The position numbers and the translations under genes are program-made. Source: an uncultured bacterium (GTDB lineage Bacteria > UBP14 > UBA6098 > B30-G16). From it: a DNA stretch of 17,396 bases. Below the pieces are notes generated by a model. The model was given only the letters and a program-made list of their open reading frames with translations, was not told the origin of the DNA and ran no database searches. Each line of letters opens with the position of its first letter. Positions within the stretch are counted from its first letter, which is position 1. The stretch covers positions 1-17,396 of the forward strand of contig CBEVQY010000040.1 of NCBI GenBank assembly GCA_965552135.1, given 5' to 3'. Shown here piece after piece: positions 1 to 8,704 of this stretch.

Positions 1-2
1 GG

Positions 3-236
3 GGTCGAGATTACGATTACGCGTATCTTAACCCCAGCGTGTTTTTCGGCAGGGGCGAGTGTCAACTTCCGCCTTCTGCGGTTTCTGCAGAGGTCTTTGA
101 TCTTGCTGGTCGGCGTGTGCTGAGCGTTCGTGAGGTGCGCAAGTTCCCCGTACCATCCCGCGGTGGGGTGTATTTCGTGCGAATGAAAACGAAGGACGGC
201 AAGCTCCTTTTGGGGAGGATAGTCGTGGTCAGATAG
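3..236 (+). CDS. 3' end of a secreted protein with a T9SS type A-like C-terminal sorting domain (5' truncated by window edge)
   Basis: Frame is open from position 3 to TAG at 234-236. It ends ...NPSVF...AEVFDLAGRRV...GGVYFVRMKTKDGKLLLGRIVVVR*, matching the CTD pattern (NP...I[YF]DxxGRxV...GxYxxx...KxxxxK/R). Confidence 0.75.
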   Translation, partial: GRDYDYAYLNPSVFFGRGECQLPPSAVSAEVFDLAGRRVLSVREVRKFPVPSRGGVYFVRMKTKDGKLLLGRIVVVR

Positions 237-333
237 CGCCCAAGGGCGCAGCACCTGCACTCCTTGCCCTGCTTCCACGCCACCTGCGGCGGACGAATCC
301 CAAAACCTCGCGCCCCCGAAGCTGCAGGAGCTG

Positions 334-3315
334 TTACGACACGAAAGTCACCCTCGACCCCTGCGGCGTCTTCTCGACCTCGAGCCTTACGGGAAAAGCC
401 TCCCGGAGCGCCGGTATGTGCGTAACGACGATTATGCAGTCGAACTGCGGCTGGATGTCGTAGATGGCGTCGATCAGGTGATTGAGCCCCTTTTGGTCCT
501 GCGAGCCGAAGCCTTCGTCGATGATGAGCGTTCGCAGCGGGAAGCCAGCCCTCTGCGCCAGAACCTTCGCCAAAGCGAGCCTGAGGGCAAAGTCTATGCG
601 GAACCCCTCGCCCCCACTGAAGGACTTGTACGGTCTCTCACCCAGCGCGTCGGAGATACAGACCACAAGCTTCTCCCCCTCCTCGGGCACGAGCGAAAGC
701 CTGAGCGCGCCGTCGGTTATGACGGAAAGCGTTTCGTTCGCAGCGGCTTCGATCGCCGAAAGATACCGCCGCATAAGCCAATCCTGGATGCCCAACGGTC
801 CCGTAAGCTCCGAGACAAGATGATAGAGGCTCTCCTCCTCGCCCAGCTCTTTGATCCTCTGGGATATGCTGGCTTCGTCCTGCTTGAGCCTTTGCAACTG
901 CGCGAGCTTTTCCTGTGCGCGTGCCTTGTGCTCCCTGAGGTCGTCGACCTCGCGGCGCGCGTCGGCGAGCGCTTCTGTAAGCTCGTCGCGGCGCGCAACA
1001 AGCGCACAACGCTCGCCAAGTTTCGACGAAAGGGCGGAAAGCTCCTCCTCAATGCGCGCCGCCTCGTCCCGCAGAGAGTCGAGTCTGCGCTCAAGCGCAG
1101 CTATCCTCTCCTCGAGCTCGGGAAGTCGCTTTTTCGCCTGCTCGAGTGCAGCGAACTCCTCAGCTGCGCCGGCAAGCTCCTCAAGCCTTGCGCGAACATC
1201 CCTGTGCCGCGCGGGATCGTAACTGATCTCCCCTATCCTTCGCTCGAGCGCCTTCGCTTCGTCGAGGAGTGCTGCCGCAGGGTCCGTCGACTCGAGCGAG
1301 GCAAGCTCGTCCTCGCGGCGCTTAAGCTCGCGCCGGAGCCTCTCCGCACGCTCGCGCTGCCTCTGAAGCACCGCCCAACGCCCCTCCCAGACGGAAAGCT
1401 CATCCACAAGCTTCTTCGCCTCAGCGAACGCCTCTTCGGAGAAGGCGAGTCTGCGAAGCTCCTCCCGCGCCTCGGACAGCGCAGCCCGCCAGCTTACGGC
1501 GTACGCACCCCTCTCCATCGTCTCCGAGATCTCCCTGCAGGATGCCCTGACCTCAAGCAGCTCAGCCTCCACCTGACGGAGCTGGGCGGCTCTGGATAGC
1601 AGCTCGTCCCTCCGCCGGGAGAGGCGTCCAACCGCCTTTGTCTTTGCGTCGGCTTCGGCGAGCTCCGACTTAAGCTCATCCCTGCGGCGGATGTGCTCCG
1701 CAAGCCTGCGCCGAACCTCCTTCGCCTCCGCGGACAGCTGCTCGATCTGGGCGGCGAGTTTCCGCTCGAGCTCGTCGCGGCGCTCGCCCGAAAGATCAGA
1801 GCCGCAGAGAGGGCAGCGGGGCGAATCGCTGCGCACAACGAACGAAAGCTGATCCTTCGCCTTGGCGCGCTCCTCCGCAAGGGAGCTTTCCGCGCCCCGC
1901 AGAGCGGCTATCTCCGCATCGAGCCTGCTAATATCGTCCCGAAGCACGGACGCCCTCTGTGCGGCGTCGTTTGCCTCGGCTATCTTCCGCTCGATCTGGG
2001 CGAGCTCCGCCTCGATCCCCTCTCGCTCGGCGAGTTCTTCCTCGAGGCGAGCCGCCCTGCGGGAAAGCTCTTCGAGCCTCCTTGCAAGCTGGGCGCGCTC
2101 CTCGTCGATGTGCGCCTGCGCCTCCGACATCCTGCGCCGAAGCTGCTCCGCACGCTCGCGCTTCCGCACAAGGTCGTCGAGCATGCTGCGCGCAGCCGAA
2201 AGCCGCTCCACGCCAGCGGCAACCTCGGAAGACGACGAAAGCTCAGCATCCAACGCCTCAAGCTCCGCTCTCATCTGCTCGATCTTCCCCCTAAGCGAGC
2301 CTATTTTTCGCTCGTGCTCTTGTTTTGCGCGACTTGCGCGGCGCTCAAGCTCCGAAAGCCTCCGCCGAAGCTCGGCAAGCTCCGCAGCAGCGGCGGAAAG
2401 ACGACCGTCCTCCTCCGAAAGGGAGCGGTATTCGGCATATGCCCCCTCGATTTCCTTCTCGCGCGCCACTATGCCCAAAAGCCTTTCGCGCTCGCACAGG
2501 CAGCTTTCAAGCTCGGCGGACAACTCCTCCAGCATGCTTTTGACGTCACTGGCACGCGCTTTTTGTGCCGAAAATTTTTGCTCCAGCGCCGAAAGCTGGG
2601 CGAGTTTCTCGTTTACGACGTCAAGCTCTTTGGTGAGCGCGTTGAAGCGGCGTTCAGCCTCCGAAAGCCTCGCCGAGACATCCTCAAGCTCACCCTCCAC
2701 GTCGCCGAAGGTCTCGATACGCTCCACAAGCTCCTGCCTTCTTAGCTCAAGCTCTTCGCGCCCTCTCTCAAGCTGCCGCGCACGGTTGTGTGCCCGCTCG
2801 GATATATGGGCATAGCGGCTTATGCCAAGCATCTGGGCAAGGAGCTTCCTGCGCGGCGCAGGGTCCAGCGTGGAGAACACCCCCGCCTCGTTCTGCATAA
2901 AGACCGTAGCTGCCCTAAGCTCGTCGTAGCTTGCGCCAACAAGCGTCCTTATCACCTCTTTGGCATCGTTTATGCGGTTGGACTTCACCAGGGGGCGGGG
3001 CTCGTCGCCGCTTATGTCGTAGACCTTCAGGCGGTTCCTCCTGCCGACAGACCTCACGACTCGATACGTGCCGCCAAGGGTCCTGAAGTCGAACTCCACC
3101 GTGACCTGGGATGTCCCGAGGCGCATCACGGCCCGGGAGTTTCCCTTGCCCTCGCGCGAGGCGCCGAAGAGCGCCCAAAGCATCGCCTCGACGATCGAGC
3201 TCTTGCCCGCACCGTTGTCGCCAACTATGCAGATAAGCGGAGCGTAGTCGAACCTGATCTCCACAGGACCCGCGAAGCTGCGGAAGTTGTGGAGCAAAAG
3301 CCTTATCGGAACCAT
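334..3315 (-). CDS. sbcC: SbcC/Rad50-family SMC ATPase (993 aa)
   Basis: Start moved to ATG 3315 (MVPIRLLLHNFRSF, preceded by GGGGTGGGGG). Motifs: Walker A GDNGAGKSS, Q-loop FMQNE, long coiled coil with central zinc hook CPLCG, signature FSGGE, Walker B/D-loop LIIDEGFGSQD, H-loop VTH. The ORF-track extension to 3699 overlaps the divergent gene and is spurious. Confidence 0.92.
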   Translation of the reverse strand: MVPIRLLLHNFRSFAGPVEIRFDYAPLICIVGDNGAGKSSIVEAMLWALFGASREGKGNSRAVMRLGTSQVTVEFDFRTLGGTYRVVRSVGRRNRLKVYDISGDEPRPLVKSNRINDAKEVIRTLVGASYDELRAATVFMQNEAGVFSTLDPAPRRKLLAQMLGISRYAHISERAHNRARQLERGREELELRRQELVERIETFGDVEGELEDVSARLSEAERRFNALTKELDVVNEKLAQLSALEQKFSAQKARASDVKSMLEELSAELESCLCERERLLGIVAREKEIEGAYAEYRSLSEEDGRLSAAAAELAELRRRLSELERRASRAKQEHERKIGSLRGKIEQMRAELEALDAELSSSSEVAAGVERLSAARSMLDDLVRKRERAEQLRRRMSEAQAHIDEERAQLARRLEELSRRAARLEEELAEREGIEAELAQIERKIAEANDAAQRASVLRDDISRLDAEIAALRGAESSLAEERAKAKDQLSFVVRSDSPRCPLCGSDLSGERRDELERKLAAQIEQLSAEAKEVRRRLAEHIRRRDELKSELAEADAKTKAVGRLSRRRDELLSRAAQLRQVEAELLEVRASCREISETMERGAYAVSWRAALSEAREELRRLAFSEEAFAEAKKLVDELSVWEGRWAVLQRQRERAERLRRELKRREDELASLESTDPAAALLDEAKALERRIGEISYDPARHRDVRARLEELAGAAEEFAALEQAKKRLPELEERIAALERRLDSLRDEAARIEEELSALSSKLGERCALVARRDELTEALADARREVDDLREHKARAQEKLAQLQRLKQDEASISQRIKELGEEESLYHLVSELTGPLGIQDWLMRRYLSAIEAAANETLSVITDGALRLSLVPEEGEKLVVCISDALGERPYKSFSGGEGFRIDFALRLALAKVLAQRAGFPLRTLIIDEGFGSQDQKGLNHLIDAIYDIQPQFDCIIVVTHIPALREAFPVRLEVEKTPQGSRVTFVS

Positions 3316-3330
3316 CCCCCACCCCGGCGA

Positions 3331-3359
3331 TTGACCGCATAGAAACTTTAGTGTATTTT
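3331..3359 (+). promoter_or_regulatory. Putative sigma70-type promoter for the Omp85-family gene
   Basis: TTGACC (3331-3336), 17 bp spacer, TATTTT (3354-3359), in an AT-rich intergenic patch. The same hexamer pair and spacing recur at 17228-17256. Confidence 0.55.
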
Positions 3360-3373
3360 TTGCTTTGTGGCAA
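3345..3373 (-). promoter_or_regulatory. Putative sigma70-type promoter for sbcC, overlapping the divergent promoter
   Basis: Minus strand TTGCCA (3373-3368), 17 bp spacer, TAAAGT (3350-3345). Confidence 0.5.
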
Positions 3374-3386
3374 GTGATATGTGTCG

Positions 3387-6170
3387 ATGGGGTCTGCGAG
3401 ACGCGAAAGCCTTTTGTGGGCGGCGCTTGCCCTGATCGCACTGTGGGCAAGGGCGGCAAGCTGCCAGTACTACTTCGGGCAAAACAAAATCCAGCCCTTC
3501 GGCTACAGGTGGGACGTCCTGCAGACAGAGCATTTCGACGTCTACTACTTCTCCTGCGAGCGCGAGATCGCGCTTGTTGCAGCCGACATAGCCGAAAAGG
3601 CTTATCAAAGCTACACCGCCCACTTCCGCTTTGCGCCCGATGAGCGTGTGCCGATCGTCCTCTACTCGAGCCCCGTGCTCTTCTCCGAAACACACACAAC
3701 GCCCTACATAGTTCCCGAGGGCATAAGTGGCTTCACGGAGCTTGTGAAGGGCAGGGTCGTCCTTCCGTTCGACGGCTCAATCGCGCGCTTCAGACACGTC
3801 CTGAGTCACGAGCTCGTTCACGTGTGGCAGATGCACTACAACGAGTTCCTCCACGACGCGCACGAGCTTTTCTTTCTCTCTTTCCCGCCGCTTTGGTTCG
3901 TGGAGGGTGAGGCGGAGTTTTTGTCGCAGCCGCGCGAACCCGTCGAGGAGCGGACCGAGCTTGTTAGAGCACTCGCCAACGACGAGCTCGTCCTCCCGCA
4001 CGAGTTTGCCGCGATATCGGGAACGTACCAGATGTACAAGGAGAGCGCAAGCTTTCTGCGCTTTCTCTCGCTCAGGTACGGGTCGGATGTCGATGTGCGA
4101 CTCTTCGAGCGCGTGTGGGAGCATGCCTGGTGGGACGATGTCTTCCGCGCCGTCGTCGGCACATCGGTGGAGGAGGCTGGTCTTGCCTGGCGCCAGTGGC
4201 TCTGGACGCGCTTCGGGCGATACGCCGCGTCGCGAAAACCCTACGAGCTTGAGGGCAAAAGGATATCGCCGGAGGGCTTTTTCTTCTCCCCCTACCGCGT
4301 AGACTCAGCCGCCGTGCTTTGCAAGGGGAACGTGCTTGGATACGGCGGGCTTTTCCTGATAAGCCGCGGGCGGGCAAAGCTTTTGCGCAAAGTGGAGCTG
4401 ACCCAAGCCACCGAAGCAGTCCGGCTTGTGGGGAACAGGATAGGCGTCCTCGGCGACAGCCTCGTTGCGTTCTCGGCAAAATCGAAGGGGCGCGAAAAGC
4501 TCTTCGTGCTGAACATAAGAAGCGGCGAATGCCAAGACTTTGGCTTCGACAGCCTTGTGGCGATATCGTCGCCGTCGTTTTCGCCCGACGGGCGCAGGAT
4601 CATCCTCTCCGCGGCAAACCTCGCGGGCTTTACCGACATCTGGTCGCTGGATGTTGCCACAGGCGACATTACACGCGTAACGAACGACCACTTCTACGAC
4701 GCCTTCCCTGTGCAGCTTGCCACAGGCGAGATCGCATTCGTCTCCGACAGAGGAGACCCGGACAGCTTAGGCATTTTCCTTTTGGGCGAGGATTGTCTTA
4801 GGCGCGTTGTGTGGGATGGCTGCAGACTCTTTCGTCCGCGCTCGCTTGTGCAGAGCGACTGTGGGCGCTGGCTTCTCTTCATCGCCGACGACGACACCTT
4901 CCCCGACGCCTATGCCCTCGACCTCCAGGGCGACGGCGTGTGGCGCCTCACCCACGTAAACGCCCCGGTGATGGATGTCGGCTTTTGGGGAGGGGATTTT
5001 GCGCCGGGCTCATCGGCTCCATCGCCGGGAACGCTCCTCGTCTCGGTGGAGGGCAAAGATGGCATCGAGATCAGGGTCGTTGCGCCCGAGACGGTGGAGT
5101 TTGTGGGCACCTACAGGCTCGAGCCTTTCGTTGGCGGATGGTCTCTGCCCACCGCTGCGCAAAAGCTCGCGTCGGGCGCGCCACGGCAAAAGCCCAACGC
5201 TCACAAACTATCCTTCGACCTCGCCCAGGGCGGAGTATCCACCGCATCGGCGCAGGAGGTTGGCGGCGGGCTTGAGGTGATGCTGTCGGACATGGTGGGC
5301 GACAGAAGGCTCTACGTCTTTTTTGCCGAAAACGCCCGCAGCTGGGAGGATATCCTTAGCGACGCGAATCTGTTTGTCGCTTACAGCCTCTACGGCAACC
5401 GCTTTAGCCTTACCGCCGGCGGATTCCACCTGCACTTCCGCTCCTACGACCGTTACGAGGGGTCGTACGACGAGAGGCAAGCCGGCGCCCTTGTTGGTGC
5501 AAGCTACGCCCTGAGCCGATTTCTGCGCGCCGAGGCGGTGACGTACCTCTACTACTCCCGGCGGAGCGAGCCAGCCTCAAGCAGGGTGGACGGCATCGCC
5601 TCGGCGAACGCGTCGATCGTGTGGGATAATTCGCTTTGGGGCATCACGGGTCCCATAGACGGCGCACGTGCGAACCTGACCGTGGGCGCAGGGGTCGGGC
5701 TTTCGGGAAAGCTCTACCACTACCTCGCGTCGATCGACCTGAGGCACTACCTGAGGCTGGGGCGCAGGGTGTGCTGGGCGCATCGCCTTATAGTCCGGCA
5801 CAGCGCGGGCGAGGAACCCCAACGCTTCTACATGGGCGGAACGTGGGACATGCGGGGGTATCCGTACTTCTCGTTTTTCGGCAGGAATCAGCTTCTTTTA
5901 AACTCCGAGCTCCGCTTCCCGCTTCTCGACAGGCTCCTTGTCCGAACGCCCCTTTTGGACATCGACCTTAGAGGTATACGCGGCGCGCTCTTCTTCGACG
6001 CCGGCGACGCATGGGAGGACGAGCCGCACATCGTGGGAAGCTACGGGGTAGGGGCGCGGATGAACCTGGAGGGGTATGTCGTTTTGCGCTTTGATCTGGC
6101 GCAGACAACCGACTTCAGGTCGGTCGACCCGCACTGGCGGTGGGACATATTCTTCGGCTGGGACTTCTAA
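3387..6170 (+). CDS. Omp85 (BamA/TamA-like) outer membrane protein with N-terminal gluzincin (peptidase MA-like) domain and TolB/PD40-like beta-propeller
   Basis: Signal peptide followed by QYYFGQNKIQ. HELVH (3807-3821) and WFVEGEAEF form a zincin motif with third ligand. PD40-like repeats (SPSFSPDGRRII, IAFVSDR, DAYALDL) follow. C-terminal amphipathic strands include RFYMGGTWDMRGY (VRGF-loop equivalent), ELRFPL, ALFFDAG and terminal FFGWDF. Start is ATG 3387 or GTG 3381. Confidence 0.85.
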   Translation: MGSARRESLLWAALALIALWARAASCQYYFGQNKIQPFGYRWDVLQTEHFDVYYFSCEREIALVAADIAEKAYQSYTAHFRFAPDERVPIVLYSSPVLFSETHTTPYIVPEGISGFTELVKGRVVLPFDGSIARFRHVLSHELVHVWQMHYNEFLHDAHELFFLSFPPLWFVEGEAEFLSQPREPVEERTELVRALANDELVLPHEFAAISGTYQMYKESASFLRFLSLRYGSDVDVRLFERVWEHAWWDDVFRAVVGTSVEEAGLAWRQWLWTRFGRYAASRKPYELEGKRISPEGFFFSPYRVDSAAVLCKGNVLGYGGLFLISRGRAKLLRKVELTQATEAVRLVGNRIGVLGDSLVAFSAKSKGREKLFVLNIRSGECQDFGFDSLVAISSPSFSPDGRRIILSAANLAGFTDIWSLDVATGDITRVTNDHFYDAFPVQLATGEIAFVSDRGDPDSLGIFLLGEDCLRRVVWDGCRLFRPRSLVQSDCGRWLLFIADDDTFPDAYALDLQGDGVWRLTHVNAPVMDVGFWGGDFAPGSSAPSPGTLLVSVEGKDGIEIRVVAPETVEFVGTYRLEPFVGGWSLPTAAQKLASGAPRQKPNAHKLSFDLAQGGVSTASAQEVGGGLEVMLSDMVGDRRLYVFFAENARSWEDILSDANLFVAYSLYGNRFSLTAGGFHLHFRSYDRYEGSYDERQAGALVGASYALSRFLRAEAVTYLYYSRRSEPASSRVDGIASANASIVWDNSLWGITGPIDGARANLTVGAGVGLSGKLYHYLASIDLRHYLRLGRRVCWAHRLIVRHSAGEEPQRFYMGGTWDMRGYPYFSFFGRNQLLLNSELRFPLLDRLLVRTPLLDIDLRGIRGALFFDAGDAWEDEPHIVGSYGVGARMNLEGYVVLRFDLAQTTDFRSVDPHWRWDIFFGWDF

Positions 6171-7528
6171 ACCTCCTCGACCACGCCCAAAAAGCTTTGG
6201 GTCATAGCCTTGAGGATCCTAACCTTCACCCACTCCCCAGGCTTCGTTTCACCGCTTACCTTTATGTGTCGGTCGATCTGGGGCGCATCCTCTGGCATTC
6301 GCGCGATGTAGAGACCGTCGCGCACGGCGTACTCGTCGACCAGAGCGTCGACAAGCTTGCCCACAAGGCGCTGGTTGTATGCGAAGAGGAAGTCGCTGTG
6401 GACGAGTTCGAGCAGCTCACGTCGCAGCGCCGAAACCTCCTGCGGAACACGCCCGGGAAGATTCGCCGCAGGCGTCCCCCGCTCGGACGAATACTCGAAA
6501 ACGCCGATGTGAAGGAAATGACCACGCTCAACGAAGCGAAGCAGCCTGTCGAACTTCTCGTCGTCCTCGCCGGGAAAGCCCACGATGAACGTCGTCCGCA
6601 GAACTATGCTCTCATCCACAGACCTTATCATCTCAAGCAGTAGCTCTATATCGCGCGAGGTATAGCGACGTCCCATAAGCTCGAGAATATCGTCGTCGTA
6701 GTGCTGAAGAGGGATATCGAGGTACTTAACCACCTTGGGAAGCCCGCTTATCGCCTCCACGAGGCGCCTGTCGATGCGCAGAGGGTTGGTGTAGAGAACT
6801 CTCACAACGAAATCCCCGGGTATTTCGTTGAGCTTCTCAAGGAGCGTCACAAGTCCAGCCTCGTAGTGCAGGTCGCTCCCGTAGCGCGTCGTCTCCTGGG
6901 CGACGAGTATGATCTCCTTGAACCCCTCCTCAACAAGGTGCCTCGCCTGCAGAAGCAGGTTCTCGAGGGGCATGCTCCGATATCTGCCGCGTATCGACGG
7001 AAGGAGGCAGTACGAACAGCGGTTGTCGCACCCCTCGGCTATCTTGAGATAGGCGTAGGGGTAGGTAGAGGGCTTTATCGGCGTTTCGGGGTACCACAGC
7101 GCCACCTGCTTGGGCAGGTGCACAACCCTTTCGTTGGCGTCGATGCTTTGGACGAGGGCGCGGTGCGCATCGGCGATGTTGAGGTTGCCGAAAACGCCGT
7201 CCACAAAGGGGAACTGCTCCAAAAGCCTCTCACCCTCAAGCTGCGCGAGGCAGCCGAGGACGAAAAGCTTTTTGTTCCCGTGCTTCTGCTTGATCTCACC
7301 AAGCTTTTCTATCGCTTCGTGCGACTCGGCGCGGGCAGCATCGATGAAGGCGCAGGTGTTCACAAGAAGGAGGTCCGCTTCGCTGGGATCGGAGACGGGG
7401 ACGAAACCTCCATCGCAGAGGTACTTATGCCAAACGTCGCTGTCGACCTCGTTCTTCGGACAACCGAGGGTGGCAAGATAATATTTGTTGGGCGCCCCCG
7501 ACGAACCCTGTGCCGCATCATCACACAT
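6167..7528 (-). CDS. rimO: Ribosomal protein S12 methylthiotransferase RimO
   Basis: TLGCPKNEVDS, VNTCAFI and LGCL (UPF0004 cysteines); YAYLKIAEGCDNRCSYC radical SAM CxxxCxxC; LRTTFIVGFPGE; C-terminal TRAM domain with DAPQID. The stop overlaps the convergent Omp85 stop by 4 bp. Confidence 0.93.
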   Translation of the reverse strand: MCDDAAQGSSGAPNKYYLATLGCPKNEVDSDVWHKYLCDGGFVPVSDPSEADLLLVNTCAFIDAARAESHEAIEKLGEIKQKHGNKKLFVLGCLAQLEGERLLEQFPFVDGVFGNLNIADAHRALVQSIDANERVVHLPKQVALWYPETPIKPSTYPYAYLKIAEGCDNRCSYCLLPSIRGRYRSMPLENLLLQARHLVEEGFKEIILVAQETTRYGSDLHYEAGLVTLLEKLNEIPGDFVVRVLYTNPLRIDRRLVEAISGLPKVVKYLDIPLQHYDDDILELMGRRYTSRDIELLLEMIRSVDESIVLRTTFIVGFPGEDDEKFDRLLRFVERGHFLHIGVFEYSSERGTPAANLPGRVPQEVSALRRELLELVHSDFLFAYNQRLVGKLVDALVDEYAVRDGLYIARMPEDAPQIDRHIKVSGETKPGEWVKVRILKAMTQSFLGVVEEV

Positions 7529-7534
7529 CAATAT

Positions 7535-7563
7535 TTAATAACGATGAAACTAACCTGTGTCAA
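7535..7563 (-). promoter_or_regulatory. Putative sigma70-type promoter of rimO (likely leaderless transcript)
   Basis: Minus strand TTGACA (7563-7558), 17 bp spacer, TATTAA (7540-7535), 6 bp, then ATG 7528. No SD. Confidence 0.6.
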
Positions 7564-7582
7564 TGCAGTTTTTATAGGGCGT

Positions 7583-7616
7583 AAAAAAAGGCGGAGAGGA
7601 GCTTTGCCTCTCCGCC
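7583..7616 (-). terminator. Rho-independent terminator of the ECF sigma operon
   Basis: Minus strand GGCGGAGAGG-caaagct-CCTCTCCGCC followed by TTTTTTT: a perfect 10 bp stem about 30 bp after the stop at 7646. Confidence 0.9.
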
Positions 7617-7645
7617 CGCGTGCGCAGGGGGCGCGGCAAAAGAAG

Positions 7646-8179
7646 CTATTCTTCCTCAAGCTCGGGCATAGGGTGGCGGCGCATCCTGCGGCGCTCCATA
7701 AGCTCCTCGCGACGCTTCCTGCGAAGCTCCTTTATCACCTCGCGGAGCTTCTCGCGCTGCTTCTGGCTTAGGACGTCCCTTATCTGGAGCATGATGTCTA
7801 TCGTCTTGAGCTCCACCGCCTGACGCCTCTCGAGCACTGCCTTCACGGCGGACTTTATCTGGTCGCTTGGGGTGCTTACGTCGCCCATAAGGTCGCGCAG
7901 GTCGAGCTCCGCCTTCCGAAGCTGGGCGCGAAGGTCTATAAGCTCCCTTTCGCCCTCCTTGCGGATCTGTCTGATCTGCTCGAGCTGCTTTTCGGAGAGG
8001 TCGATTTCGTCGGCGAAGCGCTCGATCTTACCCCACAGCATAAGTCCGCGCCCGCCCGCAAGAGGCTGTTTTGGCAGCGGACCGCCGCGGAATCCGGGCT
8101 TCGGTCCATGTGGACCAAAGGCAACCGCCGCGGTAACCAACGCCGCAACCGCAATGGCTACAAAGACCACCGTGCGCAT
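7646..8179 (-). CDS. Periplasmic Spy/CpxP/ZraP-family (LTxxQ) protein
   Basis: Signal peptide MRTVVFVAIAVAALVTAAVA, G/P-rich linker, two LTxxQ-like motifs (LSEKQ, LSQKQ) flanking helical segments. SD AGGAGGT upstream. Confidence 0.85.
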   Translation of the reverse strand: MRTVVFVAIAVAALVTAAVAFGPHGPKPGFRGGPLPKQPLAGGRGLMLWGKIERFADEIDLSEKQLEQIRQIRKEGERELIDLRAQLRKAELDLRDLMGDVSTPSDQIKSAVKAVLERRQAVELKTIDIMLQIRDVLSQKQREKLREVIKELRRKRREELMERRRMRRHPMPELEEE

Positions 8180-8194
8180 CTTACACCTCCTCGT

Positions 8195-8704
8195 TTAGGG
8201 TTCAAGCTCGTTCCAGGGGTTTCTGAATTTTCTGCGCGCCCTGCCGCCCCTGTGGAACTCGCGCAAAAGCTCGATCATGCGCTTCCTGAAAGCCGCCTCG
8301 AAAAGCACATACTCCGCCTGCTGCCGCGCGGAGAGTATCGAACGCATCTTCGTCATAAACTGCGCCTCAGCTTGACACTCCTGCGCCTTAATCGACTGCA
8401 GCTCATCGAGGATCGCCATGATCTCGGCTGTGTCTGCGCCCTGGTCCACCGCCTCGCGGAGCTCGCCCACAAGCTCAAGCTCCCTTTTGCGGCGCTCCTC
8501 CCGCGCGCGACGAAAATCCTTCATCGCGGGGAAGAGCTTCGCCGCCTGCTCCTCCGTCAGATCCAGCGCGTCAGTGAGCTTCCACATCTTGATCATCTCA
8601 AGCTTTTCCAGGACGTCCGGCGGTGGACCGCCCTCGGCGAACTCGGGCTGGGCGAAAACAAGCCCCGAAAACGCAATGATGAGCACTGAAGAAAGCGCTT
8701 TCAT
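8195..8704 (-). CDS. Second exported Spy/CpxP-like helical protein (ECF-associated)
   Basis: Signal peptide ending VFA-Q; LDLTEEQAAKLFP and ILSARQ motifs; SD AGGAGG; ATGA overlap with the upstream gene. Confidence 0.75.
   Translation of the reverse strand: MKALSSVLIIAFSGLVFAQPEFAEGGPPPDVLEKLEMIKMWKLTDALDLTEEQAAKLFPAMKDFRRAREERRKRELELVGELREAVDQGADTAEIMAILDELQSIKAQECQAEAQFMTKMRSILSARQQAEYVLFEAAFRKRMIELLREFHRGGRARRKFRNPWNELEP

Noticed and set aside
236..333. Small hairpin GCGCC-caag-GGCGC and the 97 bp convergent intergenic gap as a terminator or sRNA
   Set aside because: The 5 bp stem has no U-tract on either strand, and there is no recognisable RNA family structure.
334..3315. SMC-based defence system (Wadjet/Lamassu-like)
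   Set aside because: The zinc hook and motifs fit housekeeping SbcC, and no co-oriented effector or kleisin genes are adjacent.
418..3342. Long plus-strand ORFs antisense to sbcC (418-1599, 1693-2745, 2788-3342, 1862-2815)
   Set aside because: Shadow ORFs. Three are in codon register with sbcC, where rare TTA/CTA/TCA codons remove antisense stops. They have no motifs or RBS, and their composition mirrors the coiled coil.
3316..3699. 128-aa N-terminal extension of the SbcC ORF
   Set aside because: It overlaps the divergent gene and both promoters, and the family N-terminus begins at MVPIRL (3315).
6140..7771. Plus-strand ORFs of 167 and 356 aa opposite rimO
   Set aside because: Antisense shadows of a well-conserved gene. 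The longer one also runs through a terminator.
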